From sequence record NC_070992.1: a DNA stretch of 64,000 bases, one strand, 5' to 3'. How positions within the stretch are numbered: the stretch's first letter is position 1; the number at the start of each line of letters is the position of its first letter. The notes below the pieces were generated by a model. That model saw only the letters and a program-made list of their open reading frames with translations. It made no database searches and was not told the DNA's origin. This document shows positions 21,157 through 30,700 of this stretch, one piece after another. Made by a program: the position numbers and the translations under genes. The stretch is from Escherichia phage Paul.

Positions 21157-22170
21157 ATGGGTGCAGGTGGTTTTCGTAAGAACACTGGTCGCAATAACAC
21201 CACACTCCCGTACAACGTTGGGTTTCTCAATAATGTACAGGACACAGAAACTTATAACGTAGCCGTGTATGACGAACTACAGAAAGTCAGCACAGCCACT
21301 AACCAAATGTTCCAAGCTATTGACGAGATTCACGATGAGATTGATGTTCGTATCAAAGCCCTCAATGCGATGAACCTACAATTTGACGAGCTTGAGAACA
21401 GGATTACTACAGAGATTGAAACAGCTATTGCAGACATTCAAACTCAAATGGGTAATTTATCCACTGATGATATTTGGGATAACTCAGTACAACCTCCGGT
21501 TAAACTGGAAAGCTCTATCTCTGGTATTAAAACGAGTATTGAAGGTAATGATTTAAAGATTCAAACTGTGCAAGGGATTGTTAATGACCAAGGTGAAGAG
21601 ATTGCTTTGGTTCAAACAGAGTTAACTTCTCAAGGCCAACAAATCTCTGACGTAGACGGTAGAGTTACCACTGTTCAAAACTCACTGTCTCAGTATATGA
21701 AGCTTACCTCCTATGAAGCTACATGGGGTGTAAACTCTTCAGTCAACGGTCAATATGCCGGAGTTAAATTAACTAACAACGGAACTAATAGTCAATTCCA
21801 AGTAACAGCTAACAAGTTCATCGTAGGTAACGGTACGACAGGGAATAACCCTTTTGTATTTGAGAACGGAAGAGCTAGAATGGAGTTCGCTGATATAAAG
21901 AACGTCAACATCACAACTGCCATGATTGCTAATGCTAGGATTCAGTGGGCACAGATTGATAACGTTTCAGTGAGTAATGCTCAGATTCAAAACTTGGCAG
22001 CCAACAAAATTACAGCTGGGGCTATGAGTGGTACGAACTGGAGACTTACTGTTGGTGGGGATTTCCAATTAGGTGCTGGTTCTGGTAGTAACCGGTTGTG
22101 GATGAATGGTAGCCGTATCGACTTCTATGATGCAAGTGGTACGCTTCGTATTAGAATAGGGACTTGGTAA
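21157..22170 (+). CDS. virion structural protein (337 aa)
   Basis: start moved to ATG at 21157 with SD GGAGGAA, downstream of the terminator; track start at 21091 overlaps the previous gene. Confidence 0.45.
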   Translation: MGAGGFRKNTGRNNTTLPYNVGFLNNVQDTETYNVAVYDELQKVSTATNQMFQAIDEIHDEIDVRIKALNAMNLQFDELENRITTEIETAIADIQTQMGNLSTDDIWDNSVQPPVKLESSISGIKTSIEGNDLKIQTVQGIVNDQGEEIALVQTELTSQGQQISDVDGRVTTVQNSLSQYMKLTSYEATWGVNSSVNGQYAGVKLTNNGTNSQFQVTANKFIVGNGTTGNNPFVFENGRARMEFADIKNVNITTAMIANARIQWAQIDNVSVSNAQIQNLAANKITAGAMSGTNWRLTVGGDFQLGAGSGSNRLWMNGSRIDFYDASGTLRIRIGTW

Positions 22171-22171
22171 T

Positions 22172-23206
22172 ATGGCATATGGAATATGGACAACGCCAGT
22201 CGGACCGGGACCGGCTTCTCCGGCTGAGCTTTTTATTGACAGTGATACCACCTTTCCTCAATTTAAGAATAGGGTCAGTGGTAATTATAACTTTAATGGA
22301 GGCAGTAGAGATTTCCCTATTTCTGGATGGGATGGCTCAGGCCAAATCGTTGTAGTACCTACTGGCTCTTTATGTTGGCAATGGGAAGTCCCTCCTAACC
22401 TTGTCCCTGATGTGTATGTTGTAAATAATATCAGTATTGTGAATAACTCAACTTTCAGAGTTAGCATAAATATGAATCCCGGAAGTAACCCATTGTTTGA
22501 TGTAGCTTTTAATGTGTATCAAATATGGCCTAGGGCTAACAGAAACTACGGGATAACCTTTTCAAACACAGCTGATTACTTCTCTATATCAGATGCTGGA
22601 GTTGTTGGTCAATGTATTTGGGCTTGGGAAGGAAATATTAATGGCTCCATGCAAATACCAGCAATCAGTGGTTTTGATATGTCTAGGGCTTCAGTGTTTG
22701 CTAACTGGTCTGGAGGACAAGGTTTACTCTATGATGCTGGGAGTCGTAATATCAGGGTTTACCAAAACAGAACCTACGATAACGGAAACAACAACCAAAC
22801 AGGAACAATCAATAATGTGAGAGTTGCAGTGTTCTGTAATGGGGCTGGTGTTCCTACTCACAATGGGGGATTAAACATATATTCACCTAATGGTTCTCAG
22901 TGTGTATTTTCTACTTACAGAACACCTTTTATGGTTGATCGTTTTATGGCTATGAGTGGAGGGAATACTGGACTTACATATCCTATGATACCTCTGACAA
23001 ACGGAGCAGGTTCTATTAGAGGTCAGGCGGGGAGTTGGTATTTCCAACATGCTAGATCTCATACGATGAACGGCTCTTCTTTTGGTACAGGGTATGGTCG
23101 ATATATGTTCCAGTGGGATAGAAACTACGATATGGGTGGTGGTGGAGCTATCTCCCTTCAGGTTCCAGTCCTAGATGCTAGGAAAATTTTTAGAAGCATA
23201 CAATAA
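22172..23206 (+). CDS. virion structural protein (344 aa)
   Basis: ORF in structural operon; Gly/Asn-rich beta-type composition. Confidence 0.4.
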   Translation: MAYGIWTTPVGPGPASPAELFIDSDTTFPQFKNRVSGNYNFNGGSRDFPISGWDGSGQIVVVPTGSLCWQWEVPPNLVPDVYVVNNISIVNNSTFRVSINMNPGSNPLFDVAFNVYQIWPRANRNYGITFSNTADYFSISDAGVVGQCIWAWEGNINGSMQIPAISGFDMSRASVFANWSGGQGLLYDAGSRNIRVYQNRTYDNGNNNQTGTINNVRVAVFCNGAGVPTHNGGLNIYSPNGSQCVFSTYRTPFMVDRFMAMSGGNTGLTYPMIPLTNGAGSIRGQAGSWYFQHARSHTMNGSSFGTGYGRYMFQWDRNYDMGGGGAISLQVPVLDARKIFRSIQ

Positions 23207-23215
23207 GGAGAACTT

Positions 23216-23998
23216 ATGGCAATTAGAATGGGTATAGAAGAACTAGACCCGATGGTTCAACAGGCTTCAAAGAAGTATGGTATACCAGCTGCTTTGATTC
23301 ATGCTGTAATTCAAAGGGAGTCTAGTGGTCGTCCTAAGGTAGCTTCCGGAACTGGTCCTGTTGGTTTGATGCAGATCAGTAAAGGGTTAGCTAAAGATTA
23401 TGGTTATAAACTAGAAGATAGGCTTGACCCAGCCAAGAATATCGACATGGGTGCTCGCTATATCAGAGACAATCTTAAAGCTTTTAATGGTGATGTTAAG
23501 AAAGCAATGGTTGGCTATTCAGAAGGTATTGGTGGAGCTAAGCAGATGTTCGCTGGTAAAAGAGGGTTTACCCCTCAGGCTCTTGACTCTATGAACAACA
23601 AACACTTCCTTCCTTTCTATGGTGATGCAGCTTCTCAGATTGCTAATCCTATTGGGGCTTTACAAGCTGTTCAACCAGTCAACCAGTTTAGTCCTGATAC
23701 TCTAGACAGAGAGAAGGCTGCACAAGCTCCAACTCAGGCAGAGATTGCTGCTTCTAAGACAGGAGCTTTAGGAGGTAATCCGGTAGAGTTTTACTCTGAT
23801 GAAGTGCAGGAAGGGGAAGACCAGAAGCCTCAACAGAACTTTGGTAATGCAGTATTAGGAGTAGCTGCTATGCTTGCTGGTAAACCCCCTACTTCTCAAA
23901 CAGTTCAGAGGGCAAGTGCACCACATGCAGCAGGTTCTCAGTACAGTCCACAAACACAAGCAGTGCTCAGGCGTTTGGCTAGCATTGGTGTAAAGTAA
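23216..23998 (+). CDS. internal virion protein with lytic transglycosylase (SLT) domain
   Basis: ESSGRP ... GLMQI ... DYGY pattern of soluble lytic transglycosylases; SD AAGGAG. Confidence 0.7.
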   Translation: MAIRMGIEELDPMVQQASKKYGIPAALIHAVIQRESSGRPKVASGTGPVGLMQISKGLAKDYGYKLEDRLDPAKNIDMGARYIRDNLKAFNGDVKKAMVGYSEGIGGAKQMFAGKRGFTPQALDSMNNKHFLPFYGDAASQIANPIGALQAVQPVNQFSPDTLDREKAAQAPTQAEIAASKTGALGGNPVEFYSDEVQEGEDQKPQQNFGNAVLGVAAMLAGKPPTSQTVQRASAPHAAGSQYSPQTQAVLRRLASIGVK

Positions 23999-24017
23999 TA
24001 ATCTTTAAGGAGGACTT

Positions 24018-25070
24018 ATGTCTTTATTTGGAAAATCAGCTTCTAGCAAAACCACAGTGGCTCCTTCCTCTCAGGTTGATGCCCTGCTGAAGCAGATTGT
24101 TGCTAATGCTCAGAATATGCAGAACAACGATCCGGGATTCATCTCCCAACAGCTGGCTGGGTTTAATGGCAACCAACAGGGTGCTCTGAATAACTTAGCA
24201 GCTTCTACAACTCAGAAGCAATTGGCTGATATGTACACACCTCGTACACAGCAAGGACTGGACCAACTAAACGCTCTTGCTCAACAGTATCAGAATATTG
24301 TCAATGGTGGTGGTCTAACTGCTGATGGTGTTAATAACTTTAGTAAAGGGTTGAATAACTCAGCTCTTGCTCAAGCTACTAGTAAGGCAGCTTCCAATGT
24401 ATCTCTCGGAAATGGCTCCGACTCTGGCTCTCTTCGTAGAGCTGCTGCTCAAGGTGCTGCCCTGAACGGTGCTAATACAAACTTAGCTCGTACTATCAGT
24501 GGTAAGAACATGGGAATCAGTGCTCTTCAACAAGACCAAAACTTCCAGAGAGGCTTACTTGGTGCTCAGTCAGGGTTGGCTGGACAGAATCTCAATCTTG
24601 GTGCTCAGGGTGTTCAAGCAACTCAACAAGCCATCCAGAATCAACTCATGGCTGGTAATCTACAACAGCAGCAAGCTCAGGCTCAAGCTGATATTAATTG
24701 GCAGAACGCTATTGGCTCTCAGCAGTATGGATGGAATCAGCTTAACAACCAACTTAATGTATTAAACAGTGTAAGTCCAATGGCTGGATATACAATTAAG
24801 AATGCCGCTCCGGGTGTTAACACAGGACAGCAGATTCTCGGTGCTGGTATTACTGGATTAGGTATTGCAGGTCGTATGGGCGCTTTCTCTCCTAACCAAC
24901 AGACTCAGAATGCTTGGAGTTCCTATAATAATTCAGGTGGGCAATCTGGCATGGCTGGTCCTATGATTGGAGGTTCTAATCTTTCTCAACAGAGAGGTCA
25001 GTCTAACTGGTTATCCACAGCAGGTAGTAATATCTTAGGTGGGGTCTTAGGGGCATTCGGAGCAAACTAA
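24018..25070 (+). CDS. Q/N-rich internal virion protein (350 aa)
   Basis: SD AAGGAGG; low-complexity Q/N/G/A-rich; Gly-rich hydrophobic C-terminus; paralogous to the next gene. Confidence 0.45.
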   Translation: MSLFGKSASSKTTVAPSSQVDALLKQIVANAQNMQNNDPGFISQQLAGFNGNQQGALNNLAASTTQKQLADMYTPRTQQGLDQLNALAQQYQNIVNGGGLTADGVNNFSKGLNNSALAQATSKAASNVSLGNGSDSGSLRRAAAQGAALNGANTNLARTISGKNMGISALQQDQNFQRGLLGAQSGLAGQNLNLGAQGVQATQQAIQNQLMAGNLQQQQAQAQADINWQNAIGSQQYGWNQLNNQLNVLNSVSPMAGYTIKNAAPGVNTGQQILGAGITGLGIAGRMGAFSPNQQTQNAWSSYNNSGGQSGMAGPMIGGSNLSQQRGQSNWLSTAGSNILGGVLGAFGAN

Positions 25071-25082
25071 AGGAGATTTAAT

Positions 25083-26051
25083 ATGGCTTTATTCGGAGGC
25101 GGAGGTAGTAAAACTACTTCCCAAATGATTCGCCCTGAATACATTAAACAGTATATTGACCAGCTTAATAAGCAGATTGGTAATACTAGTTCAGGGGATT
25201 ATGTTTATCGAGATAATATAGGGTTTAATAATAATCAGACAGAGGCACTTAATAACCTAGCACAATCTGGCGCTCTAGGCACTCTCTCACAGCAATACAT
25301 GGATGCAGCAGGTCAAGGCTTGGGTTATCTAGATAATGCCTATAAAGGCTATCAGAGCCTCTCTGGTCAAGGTGGTATTACTGGAGAACAGATTGGTGCT
25401 CTCGCTGGTCAACTGTATGATGATGACGCTGTGCAAGCAGCCATTACAGCTAATAACGAACAGGTTCAACAGAACTTAGCACGTAATGCTCTTCCTCAGT
25501 TAGCTCAACAGTTTGCTGGTCAACAAGGTTCAGGTGCTCGTATGGCTAAATCTTTTGCCCAAGGTGATGCTCTGAATCAGATGCAAGGTCAAGCAACAGA
25601 TATCACCAACAGTGCCTATAACTCGGCTATTAGTCAAGCTGAAAGTATCCTCTCTGGTAATAGACAGAATCAGGCAGCTGCTCTCTCAGGTCTTTCTACT
25701 ATTGGTTCTAACCTTTCCAATTTAGGTCAACAAGGTGCTGATTTATCTCAACAGCAAATACTAAACCAATGGAAGGCTGGGTTGCAGCAACAACAGCAAC
25801 AACAGAATGAATATGATAATGCCTACCAGAATGCTCAGAACGCAGCTAACTGGGGATGGCAGGATATTAACAACCAACTAGGTGCAGCAGGTGTACTTAA
25901 CGGCGCTCTCGGACAAACTACAACCACTAAAACATCTGGTGGCAAAGGTGGTTTCCTTGGTGGAGCTATGAGTGGTGCAGCAGCAGGTTCTTCCTTTGGG
26001 CCTTGGGGTGCATTGGCTGGGGGTGTAATCGGTGGGTTGGCTAGTAATTAA
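25083..26051 (+). CDS. Q/N-rich internal virion protein, paralog (322 aa)
   Basis: shares N-terminal SKTT and ALNNLA segments and Gly-rich C-terminus with 24018-25070. Confidence 0.45.
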   Translation: MALFGGGGSKTTSQMIRPEYIKQYIDQLNKQIGNTSSGDYVYRDNIGFNNNQTEALNNLAQSGALGTLSQQYMDAAGQGLGYLDNAYKGYQSLSGQGGITGEQIGALAGQLYDDDAVQAAITANNEQVQQNLARNALPQLAQQFAGQQGSGARMAKSFAQGDALNQMQGQATDITNSAYNSAISQAESILSGNRQNQAAALSGLSTIGSNLSNLGQQGADLSQQQILNQWKAGLQQQQQQQNEYDNAYQNAQNAANWGWQDINNQLGAAGVLNGALGQTTTTKTSGGKGGFLGGAMSGAAAGSSFGPWGALAGGVIGGLASN

Positions 26052-26064
26052 TTAGGAGACAAAT

Positions 26065-27720
26065 ATGCAACAGACAACTTACGCTCAGGTCAGAAGTCGT
26101 GACCCGAGAAATACTTTCTATGGTGTTAATCCGGGAGCGGCTTCGGCCTCTCCTTATATGGCTAGACCTACTCAGACAGCAGATGTTTCTATGTACCAGC
26201 GTCCTGCTGTACCTTCATCTCTCGCAGGTCTTGTCTCTCAAGCAGAAGAAGATCAGAATGCTATGGTGAATCCGGGATTTCAGCAACGTCTTATGGAACA
26301 ACAGAATCAAGGAACCCCAACAAGTCTTCAGGGTATTGATATTGGAGAACCAGCCACTGTAGCAGCTAATCCTAATTTATCCACTGATCAAGGTTTACAA
26401 GATGCGGGACTTATGCCTAGTGATCCTCTTCCGGTAACACCCCCTACTAAACCACTAGAAGCTGGTCCTATGGAGTTTACTCCTTCTCAAGTAGAACAAG
26501 CACAAGGTGTTGTTAACACTCTTGCTCAAGGTCAGGACACTGGTGATGGTATGGCTGCTGCTACTCGTGCTAAAGATCAGGAACGTGTTAACAACGATAT
26601 CTTGCAAGTTGCGAAAGCTAAAGACCCTTCAGAAGCTTGGAACAAACTACAGAAAGAACCATTCTATCAGAACTCTAGTTTCTATACAGGTTTGATGGGT
26701 GTAGGTCTTTCCATTATGTCAGGTAAGTCTCCTATTGAAGCTTTCCAGATTGGTCAGGGAATGGCTAACCAAGATGAGACTAAGAAGCAACTAGAAGCTA
26801 ATCGTGATGCCCTGATTGAACAAGGTTTCTCTCAAGACTCAATTGCAGCTGCTATTGCTAACGGAGACCCATCTCTACTGAAGATGAGAGCTGTAGACCC
26901 TGCTCAGAAAGAAGCGTTGTATGCTGCTCGTGAAGAACGACAAAATGCTGAATGGGATAGACGTCAACAGATTCAAGAGCAAACTATGCGTGAGCGTGCT
27001 GATGAAACTCGTCGTGCCGCTGAAGAAAGGGCTAACATGAACTTCGAACGTCAGAAAGAGTTGATTGGCTATCGTGATAAAGTTAAGGCTGAACGTGCTG
27101 AACAAGCTGCTCAGAGTTTTAACTTTAATCCGAAAGAAGTTCGTCTTGCTCAGAACACAGCTGAAGGTACGGTTGCTAAGCAGTGGGCAGAGAAAGGTGG
27201 TCTGTTTAACCAGTCTAACAAAGACTTGGATTTGGCTGATAAGGCTGTTAAGGATAAAGATTATCAGACAGCTCGTTCTGCTTACATGCAGGCTATTATG
27301 AACTCCGCAAGGGCTGAAATCGGTGCTACTCGTTCTCTTACCGAAGAAGACTTGGGGCACTTTGCAGAAGACCCGTCAATCTTCGTTCGTGTTGGCAACA
27401 AGTTTGCACTGAAATCTGGATGGCGTCCTACTGATTCTGCTCTTGCTTATGCTCGTAAGCAGGCTAACGTTGGTCACACCTCTGCAATGAAAGGTGTTGC
27501 TGATGCTAAGAGAGCTACGATTGAAGCTTATATTGGTTCTGGTATGGATAAGAAGAGGGCTACTGCATTGGTCAACCGTGCAATCCCTTCTGGCGGTTTC
27601 TATGACCCTCTAGGTGTTTTCTCTGAACAAGCGGAAGAAGCAGTTGGTGGTGCAGCAACCAATCCTAAGCTTAATGGTGCTTTATCAGCTGTCGAAGACA
27701 CTAGCTGGTTCACTCAATAA
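26065..27720 (+). CDS. internal virion / ejection protein (551 aa)
   Basis: SD TAGGAG; position among internal proteins; helical charged C-terminal half. Confidence 0.45.
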   Translation: MQQTTYAQVRSRDPRNTFYGVNPGAASASPYMARPTQTADVSMYQRPAVPSSLAGLVSQAEEDQNAMVNPGFQQRLMEQQNQGTPTSLQGIDIGEPATVAANPNLSTDQGLQDAGLMPSDPLPVTPPTKPLEAGPMEFTPSQVEQAQGVVNTLAQGQDTGDGMAAATRAKDQERVNNDILQVAKAKDPSEAWNKLQKEPFYQNSSFYTGLMGVGLSIMSGKSPIEAFQIGQGMANQDETKKQLEANRDALIEQGFSQDSIAAAIANGDPSLLKMRAVDPAQKEALYAAREERQNAEWDRRQQIQEQTMRERADETRRAAEERANMNFERQKELIGYRDKVKAERAEQAAQSFNFNPKEVRLAQNTAEGTVAKQWAEKGGLFNQSNKDLDLADKAVKDKDYQTARSAYMQAIMNSARAEIGATRSLTEEDLGHFAEDPSIFVRVGNKFALKSGWRPTDSALAYARKQANVGHTSAMKGVADAKRATIEAYIGSGMDKKRATALVNRAIPSGGFYDPLGVFSEQAEEAVGGAATNPKLNGALSAVEDTSWFTQ

Positions 27721-27740
27721 GACCTAAGTCCTGCCTTCTA

Positions 27741-27749
27741 TAATGTATA
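27741..27749 (+). promoter_or_regulatory. TAATGTATA motif, candidate phage-sigma promoter element
   Basis: exact 9-mer 38 nt upstream of the ATG at 27788. Confidence 0.45.
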
Positions 27750-27787
27750 TAGGGGGTAGGACATTTTTATTTATAAAAGGAGACGTT

Positions 27788-30700
27788 ATGGCTAACATTA
27801 AACCGTGGGAAGAAGCTTCCAAAGCTCCTGCGTATCTGAATGCCTCTCCGGAGCAACAAGCTCAAATGAGAGAACAATATAAGGCAGCAGGTGGCTCTAT
27901 TCCTGAGGAACAACCAGTAGCACAACCACAACAAGAAGAACGTGGTGCTATAGGTGAGTTTGCTCAAGGTGTGTCAAATGCTCTTCAATCCGGTGGTGCA
28001 AATATTGCAGCTAGTGCTGCTAAAGGTATTGGTGGTTTAGTTGAGATTGGTGAGAATCTAGCTGGAGCACAAACTAGTTACGGTAAGCGTATCCAAGAAA
28101 ACTCTCAGAACCTTCTGAAAGAACGTATGGATAAGATTGAGGATGGGATTGGTAAAACTGTTGGTCAGTATGCTGGTGTTGCTGGTGATATTGGTATGAC
28201 TGTTGCTAACCCATTAGCTGCTGCTGCTATCATCGCAGGTCGTGAGACAGGTCGTGCATATGCAGACCAAACCCCTGAAGAGGGAGAAGATAAGTCTATT
28301 CTAGATGCAGCCTTAGTTGGTGGTGCTAACTATGCGGCTCAGAGAATCCTTCCGGGTGCTGTTGGTACAGCTGAGTCCACACTTGGACGTATCGGTCAGA
28401 ACGTTGCTAGTAACGCAGTGGCTGGTGCTAAAGGCGGTGCTCTTGTAGGTGCTGCTGAAGCTCAGAACAAGCATGGAGATGATACAACCTTTGCTAATGT
28501 ATTAGAGGGTGCTATCGAAGAAGGTGCTATGGGTGCTGCATTCGGTGGTGCAGTTGGTGGGGTTCACGGTTTGATTAGCCGTCCGGATTCTGCTGTCTTC
28601 AAGAATACTCCAGAGTATGCGAAGACTGATATTGCTGCTGATGACGAACTGATTCGTAGTGCTAAGAATGTTGATGAATTGAAAGAGGCTTACTCTAAAG
28701 CTGAAACTGCTAACGCTGCTTCTGCTCTGAACCTTCTCGATGAGAATGGATTCCGTATTACAGATGCTGTTGCTGTAGATTCTCCTCCTGCTCAGCGTAT
28801 TCTTAATACTGACCAAGCTCGTGCTGAGAAAGCTGCTTCCGTTCAGAAAGAGCATTCCAACATTCCGGGCCTTAATCCTTTAGCTTCTCCTGCTAAGACT
28901 CGTGGTAAAGCTTTCGCTGATAATGAGCACAACCAGAAGCAGGCTGTTGCTATGAAGGATGCAATGGCTGATTACACCAAAGACAACACGAAAGCTCTTA
29001 CAGATGTTCTAGATAACCTAGATCGTGAATTAACATCCCTACGAGCTTCTGGTAATTTTACTGGTAGTCCGATTGATATTAAGAATCGTACACAAGCTGA
29101 CCGTGACTTCATTGATGCTTACAAGACTTTCTACAATGAAGCAAATCGATTCAAAGCTCGTGAAGGTGAAGACTTTAATAACTTTGTAGAGAAAGCTGCT
29201 GAACTACAAAAGATGGCTGATAATGTTTCTCCAGAGATGAAGAAAGCTATCGGTGGGTTGAAGAAACTGAAAGGTATGCCTGAAGGTTTTAATCCTATCC
29301 AAGATGCTTACACTCTGAACAATACAGCTAAGTTCATGAGCAATCAAGATCGTGGTTGGACTTCCCTGACTGATGATGGCTTCCGTGAGGCTTCTTCACC
29401 TAGTCTGGTAATGAACACTCTCGGTGCTGCTAAGTATGCTCTGAATCGCTTCTCTTCTCAGCGTGCTCGCTCTCAACGTGTTAAGCAACAAGAATCTAAC
29501 AGTGAAGCTATCCGCTCTCTTGCTCGTGGTGATTTGGAAGTTGCTCGTGCTAAATCTACTGCTGATGAAGCTCGTGCTAAGATGGAAGAAGAACCAGTTG
29601 TTGATGACATTAAATTTAAGACGCAAAATGACGTGGAAACCGAACCGGTTCGGGAGCCTTCTTCTAGTACTGTGACGGAAGAAAATCTTCCTTCTTCTGC
29701 TCCTCAAGAAACCCCTCTTACAGCTCGTGATTTAGTTGCGCAAAGACGTGCTATCCGTCAGGCTGAACAGCGTCGCGCTGAAGAAGAGGCATTGGCTGCT
29801 CAAGAAGCTCCGGTCGAACAAGCTCCACAGGCTGAACCTCTCCCTGCTCGTAATCCTTTAGAGGAGCGTCGTGCAATGGAACAGCAACGTGCTCAAGAAG
29901 AGGCCGCACAGGCTCCAGAACCCACTGTAGAGGAACCAACAGTTAAAGCTGAGCCATTACCTGCCCGTGCTCCTAAAGCTCCTAAGGAAGCTGTACAGGA
30001 CGTTAAACCGGCAAGTGGTGTAGAACGTTTAGCTGCTATGTCTAGTGCTGCTCGTCAGGCTACCAAAGATCGTGCAGAACGCTTTGCTCGTTCTCTGTAC
30101 TCTAAGGCTGCTAAAGCTAAAGCTACTGCTGAAAACTTCTTGGCTTATAAAGGTGATCCTAAGGAATTGATGCGTCGTATTCGTCAGGAAGATAATGCTA
30201 TCAACACTGAACGTCATGAAGAAATGGCTCGTAACCAGCTGGCTTCTCAGCAAGGTATTGCTACTGCTAAGAACAACACTGTACGAACTAATTTTGCTGA
30301 ATGGGTTAAGGAACGTGGTCTGCCAGAAGACATTGCTACTAAGGCATTACGTGCTGAAGAGAAAGGTTTAGGTGGGAACGTTACTAACTTGGATAGTCTG
30401 AAACGTCGTGCTGAAAGGTTGTATCAGAAGCAGCGTGAGGATGAATTTGATAGATTGTATCAACAAGCTCTAGAAGAGAACAAAGCTTTCGATAAGAAAG
30501 ATGCTCCTAAACTGGTTGACCAGAAGAAAGAGCTTCAGTCTGAGATTGATACTTTGATTGATTCTGAACCTTTACGTCCTGCTCAGAAAGATGCTATGCG
30601 TAAGCTGATGAATGACTTTGTAGATGGGAAGTTTAAATCTTCAGAGAAGGCTGGTAGGGAAGAGGCTTTGGAAGTTGGTCAGATGAAGGATATTTGGGAT

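Noticed and set aside
27743-27787. Upstream start for the 1488-aa ORF
   Set aside because: ATG at 27788 has SD AAGGAG and follows the TAATGTATA motif; the 27743 start overlaps the motif and lacks an SD
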